A stretch of DNA of 61,999 nt from Promethearchaeota archaeon. GTDB taxonomy: Archaea; Asgardarchaeota; Lokiarchaeia; Sigyniarchaeales; SOKP01. Positions 49,314 to 59,668 of the stretch are shown piece after piece (the stretch's first letter is position 1; every line of letters starts with the position of its first letter). Below the pieces are notes generated by a model, which was given only the letters and a program-made list of their open reading frames with translations, had not been told where the DNA came from and made no database searches. The stretch spans positions 1 through 61,999 of the forward strand of contig JAHPZE010000027.1 of NCBI GenBank assembly GCA_019058365.1, in the 5' to 3' direction. A program made the translations under genes and the position numbers.

Positions 49314-51320
49314 ATGATTGTTGAATTTAAATTAGAATCCAAATTTCTTCCAGCGGGGGATCAACCAGAAGCTATAAAAACTCTATCTAATAATATATCT
49401 AAAGGTAAACGCTTTCAAACATTATTAGGAGCGACTGGAACGGGAAAAACTTTTTCTATCGCCAATATAATTCAAGAAATTCAGAAACCAACTTTAGTGA
49501 TGGCTCCTAATAAAACTTTAGCAGCTCAATTATATAATGAATTAAAAGAGCTTTTTCCTCATAACTCGGTTCATTATTTTGTCTCATATTACGATTATTA
49601 CCAACCTGAGGCATATATGCCAATTTCAAGTTTGTATATTGAAAAAGATTTTAGTGTTAATGAAGAAATTGAAAGATTAAGACTCGCAGCAGCTCATGCT
49701 GTAAGAACTCGGATAGATGTTATTGTTGTTGCTACAGTCTCATGTATTTATGGATTGGGAAACCCTGATCTTTGGACAAAGATTGCTCTCTATGTAGAGA
49801 AAGGACAGCAAATAAAACGATCTGATATTATAAAGAAATTAATAAAAATCAATTATGAACGTAATGATATTGAATTTAAACCTGGAATTGTAAGAGTAAA
49901 AGGAGATATAATCGATATATATCCAGCATATCTAAATAATGGTGTAAGAATTTCTTTGTTTGGGGATGAAATTGAGTCAATCACAGAGATTCATCCTCTA
50001 ACTAATAATCCAATACAAGAAGTACCAAACTATAGAGTATTCCCTGCTACACATTTTATAATTCCAGATGAAAATAAGGCGAAAGCTTTAGAATATATAA
50101 GTGAGGAACTGGAAGAACGTATTAAATATTTTAAAAATCAGAAAAGGTATGCGGAAGCACAAAATATTGAGAGGATAGTTAAATATGATATAGAAATGAT
50201 GAAGGAAATGGGTTGGTGCAAAGGTATAGAGAATTACTCTAGACCTTTAGATGGCAGACCGGAAGGAACACCTCCTATGACGTTAGTAGATTACTTTCCA
50301 AATGATTTTTTAATAGTTGTTGATGAATCTCATGTAACAATACCACAAATCCATGGAATGATTGGCGGAGATCGATCTCGTAAAAAAAATCTTGTAGATT
50401 ATGGATGGCGTTTGCCAAGCGCTTATGATAATAGACCTCTTACATTTGATGAATGGGAATCTAAGATAAAATATGTAATTCTAATGAGCGCCACCCCTGG
50501 TGATTGGGAATTAAAGAAATCTGGAGGGGTTTCTGCAGAGCAGATAATTCGACCTACTGGTCTCGTTGATCCGATAGTAGAGGTAAGGCCCGCAAAAAAT
50601 CAAATTGATGATTTATTAGGAGAAATCAGAAAAGTAATTGAAAATAACGGTAGAATTCTTATAACAACTCTTACTAAAAGAATGGCTGAAGATATAGCAG
50701 AATATTATAATGAATTAGGATTGAAAATTACTTATTTGCATTCAGAAGTAGATACTGTGGAAAGATTTGAAATTTTACGTCAATTAAGAGATGGAACTTT
50801 TGATATTTTAGTAGGTATTAATCTTTTAAGAGAAGGGTTAGATTTGCCAGAAGTACAATTAGTAGCAATTTTGGATGCTGATAAATTAGGATTTTTAAGA
50901 GATACTCGCTCTTTAATTCAAACTATTGGTAGGGCTTCGAGAAATGTTGAAGGGAAAGCAATTTTATATGGAGATAGGATGTCTCCAGCCATGAAAGCAG
51001 CGATTGATGAAACCAATAGAAGAAGAAATAAGCAAATTATATATAATGAAGAAAATGGTATCACTCCTCAAACCATTAAAAAAAACATATTAAAATCTCT
51101 ATCAGAGGAACAGGAGTTTAAAGATAGAGAAGTTAAAAAACTTAAACAAAAAGTAAAAGATAAAATTAAAAAATTGGAAGAAGAAGGAGATATTGACATT
51201 GTTATTCAGTATCTGGAGAGTAAAATGTTTTTGGCAGCAAAAGAATTAAGATTTGAAGATGCTGCTTATCTAAGAGACAAAATCAAGGACATTAAAAAGG
51301 TTTATGAAATAGAATCATGA
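49314..51320 (+). CDS. uvrB: Excinuclease ABC subunit B
   Basis: PAGDQP, GATGTGKT, YYDYYQPEAY, DESH, QTIGRASRN, FEDAAYLRD. Confidence 0.98.
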   Translation: MIVEFKLESKFLPAGDQPEAIKTLSNNISKGKRFQTLLGATGTGKTFSIANIIQEIQKPTLVMAPNKTLAAQLYNELKELFPHNSVHYFVSYYDYYQPEAYMPISSLYIEKDFSVNEEIERLRLAAAHAVRTRIDVIVVATVSCIYGLGNPDLWTKIALYVEKGQQIKRSDIIKKLIKINYERNDIEFKPGIVRVKGDIIDIYPAYLNNGVRISLFGDEIESITEIHPLTNNPIQEVPNYRVFPATHFIIPDENKAKALEYISEELEERIKYFKNQKRYAEAQNIERIVKYDIEMMKEMGWCKGIENYSRPLDGRPEGTPPMTLVDYFPNDFLIVVDESHVTIPQIHGMIGGDRSRKKNLVDYGWRLPSAYDNRPLTFDEWESKIKYVILMSATPGDWELKKSGGVSAEQIIRPTGLVDPIVEVRPAKNQIDDLLGEIRKVIENNGRILITTLTKRMAEDIAEYYNELGLKITYLHSEVDTVERFEILRQLRDGTFDILVGINLLREGLDLPEVQLVAILDADKLGFLRDTRSLIQTIGRASRNVEGKAILYGDRMSPAMKAAIDETNRRRNKQIIYNEENGITPQTIKKNILKSLSEEQEFKDREVKKLKQKVKDKIKKLEEEGDIDIVIQYLESKMFLAAKELRFEDAAYLRDKIKDIKKVYEIES

Positions 51321-51376
51321 AATTTTTGCTTTAAAAATAGTTAAAAATGTTAATTATATAAAGGAATCTGAAAAAC

Positions 51377-52681
51377 CTACTCCTTTTCAACATCCAATTG
51401 TCCTGAAATGATTGAGGTTGTTCCGCTAATAATATAAGCTATTACTGTTGTTATTCCAGCAGGAATAAATAATATTGGAACCCAAGTCATTTCTACAATT
51501 ATGAAGATAGCTGCGATAGGATTATTTGTTGCTGCCCCTAAAGTAGCAGAAACCCCTAACATTACGAATAGTTCAGCATTTTCAGGATAAACTAATACGC
51601 CGAATAAACCTCCATTAATTGCACCAACAATCATTAAAGGCATAATAATCCCAGCACTATTCATTGTTCCAATTGAAAGAATAATAGCAATTATTATTAC
51701 AATTAAAAAGATAAGCAAATGATTCCAAGGAATATTCTGGATAAAATTCGTGAGTACACTCAAAAAGGTTATATCTGGATGAATCAACTCATTGCTATAA
51801 TTAAAATTTATGAAAGGAATTATTATAAATAAAAAAATCCCATATCCAATTCCTCCCAGAAAAGGGAGAATCCATAAACCTATTTTTTTTTTAAATTGTT
51901 TATTTAATTGATTAGTAATGATTTTTAATATACCTATGTAAAATATGACGAAAATTCCAATGTAAAGTCCGAAAACAATAAATATTGGAAATAAAAGAAT
52001 ATAATTGATACTCTTAGGAGTTGCAGAAGAAAGTTGTGTCGTTATTAAAGGAGTAAATCCAAAAACTAAACAAAAAATAATATAGGCGATAGTTGATGAA
52101 ATAATTGAAGGTATCAACGACTTATAATGAATATGGTTACAATATGGAAGTTCAGCGCAAAATAGCGCACCACTTATAGGGGCTTTTAATAACGCTGCCG
52201 TACAAGCACTTGCACCAATAAAAGAATATATATTTTTATCTATCTTTTTTTTTTTTGATAACTGTGAACCTAAAGTTGCTCCGATTAAAAGACCTGGACC
52301 TTCTCTTCCACAAATCATCCCTGACCCAAATGTCCAAGATGTTGCAAAAGCTTTAGCAATTAAATTTGCTATTTTCTTATATTCTGGATTTGATAAAGTA
52401 ACTTCTTTTATAAATTGATCTGACCCAGTACCCATTATTCTATTATATTTCCCATATTTTACTAATAAACTTGTTGAAAGCCCCGCTATAATTGGTGCTA
52501 CAAAATAAGGTACATATGAAAAACCAAATTTGAAAAGTTCTAAAAGATATTTGAACAAAATTATTATTAAACCACATACTACTCCAAAAAAGATTGCTAT
52601 AAAGAAATACTGATAAAAATTTTTACCCAAAGCTAATTTGGACACAACAATCCGTTTCATTTTTTTAAGAAAATGATTCAT
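51377..52681 (-). CDS. ClC-family chloride channel/transporter (no CBS domains)
   Basis: GREGP motif, APISGALFCAE, PIAAIFIIVEMT; ~11 TM. Confidence 0.88.
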   Translation of the reverse strand: MNHFLKKMKRIVVSKLALGKNFYQYFFIAIFFGVVCGLIIILFKYLLELFKFGFSYVPYFVAPIIAGLSTSLLVKYGKYNRIMGTGSDQFIKEVTLSNPEYKKIANLIAKAFATSWTFGSGMICGREGPGLLIGATLGSQLSKKKKIDKNIYSFIGASACTAALLKAPISGALFCAELPYCNHIHYKSLIPSIISSTIAYIIFCLVFGFTPLITTQLSSATPKSINYILLFPIFIVFGLYIGIFVIFYIGILKIITNQLNKQFKKKIGLWILPFLGGIGYGIFLFIIIPFINFNYSNELIHPDITFLSVLTNFIQNIPWNHLLIFLIVIIIAIILSIGTMNSAGIIMPLMIVGAINGGLFGVLVYPENAELFVMLGVSATLGAATNNPIAAIFIIVEMTWVPILFIPAGITTVIAYIISGTTSIISGQLDVEKE

Positions 52682-52971
52682 ATTTATGCCAAAATCAGTT
52701 TAATAGTATTTAATTATATGATTGGTAGTTTTTAAAGTTGAGAAAAGATTTTTTCTTGATTTCGATATTATTATTGAGTAATTATAATAATTTCAGATTA
52801 TACATATTATTCTTTTGTTATCTAAGAAAAATAATAATATGGCTAGTAATAATTCATAAATTGCATACCCCGATTCTGTATATTTTTTTTATTTGTTAAT
52901 ACCAATATAAGGTTTTATTGTATCTTAGAAAAACTTTTTTGATTTCCAGAATTAAAAAGAAATAGTAGAAC

Positions 52972-55842
52972 ATGAATGAATTTATTGTCATTAAAGGTGC
53001 CAGAGAGAACAATTTAAAAGATATTAATGTAAAAATACCACGAAATAAGCTTGTGGTTGTAACTGGTATTAGTGGGAGCGGAAAAAGTTCCCTAGTAATT
53101 AATACATTATATGCCGAAGGACAGCGAAGATTCTTAGAATCATTATCTAGTTATGCTAGACAATTCTTAGGAGAGATGGATAAACCTGATGTAGATTCAA
53201 TAGAAGGATTATCTCCTGCAATAGCAATTGAGCAAAAACCACTTTCAAAAAATCCAAGAAGTACGGTTGGTACTGTTACTGAAATATATGATTACTATCG
53301 ATTGTTATTTGCTAATATTGGTATCCCTCATTGTCCTAATTGCGGTAAAGAGATAAAACCACAGACACCACAACAAATTATTCAGCAAGTATTAGATTCA
53401 ATTGAAGAGAATAAAAAATTTATGGTTAAAGCTCCCGTTATACGAGATAGAAAAGGAGAATACAAAGAGCTTTTACAAGATTTAAAGAAGCAAGGATATA
53501 TGAGAGTTGAAGTTGATGGGATTCAATATACTTTAGATGAAGATATCTCGATGGAAAAAAATGTGAAACACAATATCAATGTTATAATTGACAGGTTAGT
53601 AATGCGTAAGGATATTAAGACAAGACTAGCTGATTCTATTGAAATTGCATTAGAACTAACAGATGGTTTAGTTATTGTTGAGATCATAGAAAATGGGGAG
53701 CAAATTTACTCTGAACATCTCGCTTGTATTGATTGTGGAATATCTTTTCCTCCTTTAGATCATAAAATGTTTTCATTTAACATTCCTCATGGAAGCTGTA
53801 AATATTGTAGCGGTTTAGGTAATGTTATGGAATTTGATTATGGATTACTTTTAGGAAATGATTTAGATGTTTCGCTAGAGGAGACTCCTCTAAGAGATAT
53901 TCCTGGATTTGGATCTCTAAACGGTTATTCTTGGCAAACAATAGTGCAAGTTGCTAAACACTATGGATTTGACACGGATAAAACACCAATTAAAAATATT
54001 GACTCAACAAAACTTCATAAAATATTATATGGTTCTGAAAATGAATCAATTGATTTTCATTTTGAGAGTGAAAATAATGACTATAAAAACCATAATGGAG
54101 ATTTCAAATCTTCTTGGCAAGTTGTTAGACCTTTCGAGGGAATAATTCCACTATTGCAAAGACGATACATGGAAACTCGTTCAGAGTGGGCTCGCGATGT
54201 TTATGAAAGTTTTATGAATAGGATAAATTGCCCTCAGTGTGATGGACAAAGATTAAAACCAGAAAGTTTAGCAGTAACAATTAACAATCTCAATATTGCT
54301 GAATTGTCTGCTTTATCTGTAAAGGATTCTTTAAAATTTTATAAAGAATTAAATTTAACTGAAATTGAAAAAATAATAGTTAAAGAAGTGTTAAAAGAAA
54401 TATTAGATAGATTGTCTTTCCTTGAAAATGTAGGATTAGATTATATTTCATTAAACCGTCGATCAGATACATTATCCGTCGGAGAAGCAGAAAGAATTCG
54501 ATTAGCTACTCAATTAGGGTCTAGCTTAGTAGGAGTTTTATATGTTTTAGATGAACCTAGTATAGGACTTCATCAAAGAGATATCAATCGTCTTATCAAA
54601 ATGTTAAAAAAATTAAGAGATCTAGGGAATACTGTTATTGTGGTTGAACATGATGAGGCAATAATGCGTAGTGCAGATCACATTATTGATTTAGGACCAT
54701 TAGCAGGTGAGAAGGGGGGTGAAATAGTTGCTGAAGGACCTATTGAAGCTATAATCAAATCCAGGACTTTAACTGGGGATTATCTATCAGGAAAAAAGAA
54801 AATAATAATTCCTAAAAATAGACGAAAAATAAACAAAGATTTTGTTGAAATAAAAGGAGCAGACGAGAATAATTTAAAACATATCGATGTAAAAATTCCT
54901 TTAGGAGTATTTACTTGTATAACAGGTGTTTCTGGAGCAGGAAAAACTAGTCTAATTATTGATTGTTTATATAAAGGACTCTATAATCTAATAAATACAA
55001 GGAGTTCAAAAATCAGCGAAGGAAAGCATGATAAGATTATAGGATATGAAAAAATTGATAAAATTATTAATATAGACCAATCCCCAATAGGAAGAACTCC
55101 CAGATCTGTCCCTGCAACATATACAAAAGCTTTAGATTATATTAGAGAAATCTTTGCTGGATTACCAGAAGCAAGAGAAAGAGGTTATAAAAAGGGTCGA
55201 TTTAGTTTTAATACTAACGATGGACATTGCAAAAAATGTAAAGGAACGGGATATATACTTAAAGAAATGTATTTCTTACCCGATGTGTATATAAAGTGTG
55301 ATTTATGTAAAGGAAAAAGATATAATGCTGAGACATTAGACATTAAGTATCGGGGAAAATCAATTTATGAGATATTGAGAATGACTTTCCATCAAGCTTT
55401 AGAATTTTTTGATAATTTTCCAAATTTAAAAAGGACTATAAAAACAATAGTAGATGTTGGGTTAGGTTATTTAGAATTAGGTCAATCCTCAACTACTTTA
55501 AGTGGAGGAGAATCACAACGATTAAAAATAGCTAGAGAACTAAGAAAAGCAAGTACGGGAAACACACTTTATATTTTAGATGAACCTACAACTGGACTTA
55601 GTTCTTTCGATATTAATTATTTATTAAAAGTCCTTCAAAAGTTAGTTGATAAAGGTAATACAGTAATTATAATTGAACATAATATGGATATTATAAAATC
55701 GGTTGATTTTATTATTGATCTTGGTCCGGAAGGTGGTGAAAAAGGAGGTAATATTGTAGTAAAAGGAACTCCTGAAGAAATCATTAAAAATCCTCATTCA
55801 TTTACAGCGCAATATTTAAAAGGATACCTTACAAACAATTAA
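52972..55842 (+). CDS. uvrA: Excinuclease ABC subunit A
   Basis: GARENNLK, GISGSGKSS, two ABC modules, zinc fingers, LSGGESQR, LDEPTTGL. Confidence 0.98.
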   Translation: MNEFIVIKGARENNLKDINVKIPRNKLVVVTGISGSGKSSLVINTLYAEGQRRFLESLSSYARQFLGEMDKPDVDSIEGLSPAIAIEQKPLSKNPRSTVGTVTEIYDYYRLLFANIGIPHCPNCGKEIKPQTPQQIIQQVLDSIEENKKFMVKAPVIRDRKGEYKELLQDLKKQGYMRVEVDGIQYTLDEDISMEKNVKHNINVIIDRLVMRKDIKTRLADSIEIALELTDGLVIVEIIENGEQIYSEHLACIDCGISFPPLDHKMFSFNIPHGSCKYCSGLGNVMEFDYGLLLGNDLDVSLEETPLRDIPGFGSLNGYSWQTIVQVAKHYGFDTDKTPIKNIDSTKLHKILYGSENESIDFHFESENNDYKNHNGDFKSSWQVVRPFEGIIPLLQRRYMETRSEWARDVYESFMNRINCPQCDGQRLKPESLAVTINNLNIAELSALSVKDSLKFYKELNLTEIEKIIVKEVLKEILDRLSFLENVGLDYISLNRRSDTLSVGEAERIRLATQLGSSLVGVLYVLDEPSIGLHQRDINRLIKMLKKLRDLGNTVIVVEHDEAIMRSADHIIDLGPLAGEKGGEIVAEGPIEAIIKSRTLTGDYLSGKKKIIIPKNRRKINKDFVEIKGADENNLKHIDVKIPLGVFTCITGVSGAGKTSLIIDCLYKGLYNLINTRSSKISEGKHDKIIGYEKIDKIINIDQSPIGRTPRSVPATYTKALDYIREIFAGLPEARERGYKKGRFSFNTNDGHCKKCKGTGYILKEMYFLPDVYIKCDLCKGKRYNAETLDIKYRGKSIYEILRMTFHQALEFFDNFPNLKRTIKTIVDVGLGYLELGQSSTTLSGGESQRLKIARELRKASTGNTLYILDEPTTGLSSFDINYLLKVLQKLVDKGNTVIIIEHNMDIIKSVDFIIDLGPEGGEKGGNIVVKGTPEEIIKNPHSFTAQYLKGYLTNN

Positions 55843-55968
55843 CTCTCAATTTTACCTCAATTTTCTCTTAAATTTTAAAATAAAATTCTAATCCAATGGT
55901 AAATAAAATTATACTATAAGCAACAGATTATCTATTTTAAAAATGCAATTTGAGATTCGTGATAAATT

Positions 55969-57774
55969 ATGACTGAAGTTGAAAGTAAGATGATCAGAGC
56001 CCCAATTGTATGTATTCTTGGCCATATTGACCACGGAAAAACTACTATCTTAGATTATATTAGAGGAACTGTTGTCCAACAAAGAGAAGCTGCTGGAATC
56101 ACTCAACATATAGGTGCTTCATATTTTCCGACTAAAGACATTAAAGAATTTCTAGGAAAATCTAAACAAGAATTCGCTGAAAAAGAAATAAAACTTCCAG
56201 GTATATTAGTTATTGATACACCAGGGCATGCAGCATTCCTGAATTTGCGAAGGAGGGGTGGTGCTGTTGCTGATATCGCAATTTTAGTAATAGATGTCAC
56301 TGCAGGAACAATGCCAATAACGTGGGAATCCGTTCGAATCTTAAGGGAGAGAAAAACACCTTTTATAATTGCAGCCAATAAAATAGATAGAATTTCAGGA
56401 TGGAAATCAATTAAAGATGCAGATTTTTTAGATTCCTATAATTCCCAAAAGCCTCATGTCAAAGATTACTTGGATGAGAAAATTTTACAGATAATAGGGA
56501 ATTTCTTAGAAGAAGGGTTCAAAGGAATCGATCGCTATGACAAAATAAAAGATTTTACTCAAAAAATTGCAATTGTGCCAACAAGTGGCAAAACAGGAGA
56601 GGGTATATCAACACTATTAATGATTTTGATGGGATTAGTTCAACAATATTTAACTACAAATCTTCGATTCTCTGAGGGAGCTGCTAAAGGTGTTGTGTTA
56701 GAAGTTAAAAAGGAAAAAGGACAAGGAAAAACCATGGATGTCCTTATATATGATGGCATAATTCATAAAGGTGATGAATTTATTGTTGGGGGATTAGAAA
56801 AACCTATTAAATCGAAGGTAAGAGCATTGTTAATTCCAAAACCCTTAGATGAAATACGAGATCCAAGACAAAAATTTGATTCTGTTGATTTTATTAGTGC
56901 TGCAGCTGGTATTAAAATACTTGCTCCAAATATTGAGGATGTCGTAGCAGGTTCTCCATTCAGAGGCATTGCAGATTATTCCGAAGAAGAAAAAGTTTAT
57001 AGTGAAATTGAATCTGAAGTAGAGAGTATTCGGATAAAAACTGATAAAGCAGGAGTAGTCTTAAAAGCAGATACTTTGGGTTCACTAGAAGCACTAGAGA
57101 ATCACTTTACAAAAAATGGTGTAAAAATCAGTATTGCTGATGTTGGACCAATTAAAAAAGAAGACATAATTAATGCAAAAATTGTCAAAAATTTAGACCC
57201 CTATTCTGCAACGGTTTTAGGGTTCAATGTTCCAATATTACCTGAAGCTAATGAACAAGCGATTAAAGATAATATAAGAATCTTCACGAATAATGTTATT
57301 TATCGATTATTGGAAGACTATATTGAGTATGCAGAAACAAGAAAAGCAGAAGATACAGCTAAAGGGTTAAGTGAACTTATCTTACCCGCTAAAATTAAAA
57401 TGCTCCCAGAATTTATATTCCGAAATTCAGATCCTGCTGTTTTTGGTGTATATGTTGAAGCTGGAACACTTTATCCAAAGGTTCAATTAATAACTGATAA
57501 AGGTAAGAGAGTAAGGAGAGTTCATCAAATTCAGGACAAAGGTCAAACACTTGAGAAAGCTTATAAAGATTCAGAAGTAGCTATTTCTATTCGCGGTATT
57601 GAAATTGGTCGAGATATAGAAAAAGATGAAACTCTATTTGTTAATGTCCCAGAATCTCACGTTAGGCAATTAATGGGAAGGTTTATAGATGAGTTGACTA
57701 TAGATCAAAAACAAGCTCTAAAAGAATTTATTATGTTAATGCGAAACATAAATCATCCCTGGTGGGGGATGTGA
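55969..57774 (+). CDS. infB: Translation initiation factor aIF5B (IF-2)
   Basis: RAPIVCILGHIDHGKTT, REAAGITQHIGA, DTPGH, NKID, KADTLGSLEAL. Confidence 0.97.
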   Translation: MTEVESKMIRAPIVCILGHIDHGKTTILDYIRGTVVQQREAAGITQHIGASYFPTKDIKEFLGKSKQEFAEKEIKLPGILVIDTPGHAAFLNLRRRGGAVADIAILVIDVTAGTMPITWESVRILRERKTPFIIAANKIDRISGWKSIKDADFLDSYNSQKPHVKDYLDEKILQIIGNFLEEGFKGIDRYDKIKDFTQKIAIVPTSGKTGEGISTLLMILMGLVQQYLTTNLRFSEGAAKGVVLEVKKEKGQGKTMDVLIYDGIIHKGDEFIVGGLEKPIKSKVRALLIPKPLDEIRDPRQKFDSVDFISAAAGIKILAPNIEDVVAGSPFRGIADYSEEEKVYSEIESEVESIRIKTDKAGVVLKADTLGSLEALENHFTKNGVKISIADVGPIKKEDIINAKIVKNLDPYSATVLGFNVPILPEANEQAIKDNIRIFTNNVIYRLLEDYIEYAETRKAEDTAKGLSELILPAKIKMLPEFIFRNSDPAVFGVYVEAGTLYPKVQLITDKGKRVRRVHQIQDKGQTLEKAYKDSEVAISIRGIEIGRDIEKDETLFVNVPESHVRQLMGRFIDELTIDQKQALKEFIMLMRNINHPWWGM

Positions 57775-57783
57775 ATCTATTCT

Positions 57784-59241
57784 ATGACACAACTTAATGA
57801 AATCTTTATAGAAGTGTTAAAAGAAATTACTCCAACTCAAAAAGAGATAGATTTAATTAACAGAATAACCGAGAAATTAAAAAATCTGTTGAGTAAAAAA
57901 GCTAATGAATTAAATATTAATTATACAAAAATAGAACCTCAAGGATCAACAGGAATTAAACAAACACAATTAAAAAATGATTTTGATATCGATCTTTTTA
58001 TTGGATTGGATTATAACCAGTTTAAACATAAGTATGAAGGTTTAAGTAAAAATAAATTAAAAAGAGATTCTAAAAAAGATTTTTTAGTATTGTGTAATAA
58101 TTGGATTCTTCCAAGTTTAACTTTACACGAATTATATAACCCACGCTTTTTATATGCTGAACATCCATATATTACTGTAAATTATCTTTTAGACAATATA
58201 AAAATCAAGATAGATATTGTTATGTATTTTGATTTAGATTTGGAATACATTAATAAGAATGGCCCTATTACTGCAGTTGATAGATCTCCTTGGCATGGCT
58301 GTTTTGTTAGAGATGAGTTAAATCCTGCCCAGAAAAATGAGGTAAGACTTTTAAAGCAGTTCTTTAAATCTTGTTATAGTTATGGTGATAAGAGCCCAGT
58401 AGGAAAAGTAGGTTTCATAGGTTATAGTGCAGAACTATTAGTTTATTATTTTAAAAACATAAACAATCTGTTTGAAAATTTTAATACATTAAATTCAAAC
58501 CCACTGGATTATTTTAAAAGAACTGCGGAAGAATTAAGTAAAGTTCCCCACTTTCAGAATGATTATCTTATTATCATAGATCCCATCGATAAAAATAGAA
58601 ATGTTGCTTCGGCGATATCTGAAAGAGCATATAAATATTGTAATTATAAAATTAGTGAATTTCTAAAAAAACCAAGTGGAGAATTTTTTAAAATTAAACC
58701 AATTCCCGAAGCTAATCTATCAAATAAACATGATTCTTTTCTCTTACATACTTATATTGTTGAATTACAAAATGCTAACAAAGAAATTCATTATACAATT
58801 AACCGAGATAAATTATACTCTTTGAGCGAAAGTCTTAAAGCGAATGGAGAAAAAGAATTTTCTCACGCTGAACGCTTTGAGAATATAATTTTCGAAGTTT
58901 ATTTCGAGGATGAGAATGATCAATATAATTTGGCTATTTACTGCGAAAAACCTCATATCTCCAGAAGCTACATTCGTAGAGGACCCCCGATTGGAGAAAA
59001 AAAGCATGTTGTCAAATTTACAAGAAAAAATCCAGATTATTTTGAAAAAGAAGGTTATTTATGGGTGGAAACTTCAAGAGAATATAAAGAGTTCTATAAT
59101 TTTTTAAAAAATTTTGTTAAAGATAAAATTCCGGATAATTTTAGTATAAGAAATATTTCTCCCGCGTTTGAGACTATTACGTCATCAGGAAAAAAAGCCT
59201 TAAGTATCCTAAAAAATATAATTTTACCTTTCTATATTTAG
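57784..59241 (+). CDS. cca: Class I CCA-adding enzyme
   Basis: QGSTG..T.L..DFDIDLF, YAEHPY, TAVDRSPWH, EVRLLKQF, GYSAELL, IIDPID..RNVASA, GPP. Confidence 0.92.
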   Translation: MTQLNEIFIEVLKEITPTQKEIDLINRITEKLKNLLSKKANELNINYTKIEPQGSTGIKQTQLKNDFDIDLFIGLDYNQFKHKYEGLSKNKLKRDSKKDFLVLCNNWILPSLTLHELYNPRFLYAEHPYITVNYLLDNIKIKIDIVMYFDLDLEYINKNGPITAVDRSPWHGCFVRDELNPAQKNEVRLLKQFFKSCYSYGDKSPVGKVGFIGYSAELLVYYFKNINNLFENFNTLNSNPLDYFKRTAEELSKVPHFQNDYLIIIDPIDKNRNVASAISERAYKYCNYKISEFLKKPSGEFFKIKPIPEANLSNKHDSFLLHTYIVELQNANKEIHYTINRDKLYSLSESLKANGEKEFSHAERFENIIFEVYFEDENDQYNLAIYCEKPHISRSYIRRGPPIGEKKHVVKFTRKNPDYFEKEGYLWVETSREYKEFYNFLKNFVKDKIPDNFSIRNISPAFETITSSGKKALSILKNIILPFYI

Positions 59242-59668
59242 TATATCATAGACTTCGGGAATTAAAAATATAATATTACTCCCTTTTGTATAATTTAAAG
59301 AACGGCTCCCCTCTCTAAATCTGAGAACTTCTTTACATTTAAGCCTAATTCTGCCCCTCTATTTACCTGTTCCTTTGCAATCATAATCAATTTTTTTAGA
59401 TTTTCTTTATTTTCAAAATCAAATAAATTTTGGCTAATAATTTCTAAAGAGAATTGTCCTTAGATAATAACTTATTTTTATATTATTGAAATTTTAATGC
59501 AAACGGTTTTTCTTAAATAAATTTGAATTTTTATATACTCCCAATAATCTGTTTTAACCAAAATTATTAATTTATCTAAGAGAATCACAAAACTTTTATG
59601 ATTTCTTGTATTCTTTTCTTTAATTATAACATTAGAATTAACTATAATTTGTACGATGTGATCATATA

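Noticed and set aside
59295-59435. Minus-strand open stretch (..KKLIMIAKEQVNRGAELGLNVKKFSDLERGAVL*) between cca and EF-2
   Set aside because: Possible gene remnant, but it has no clear start or recognisable family.
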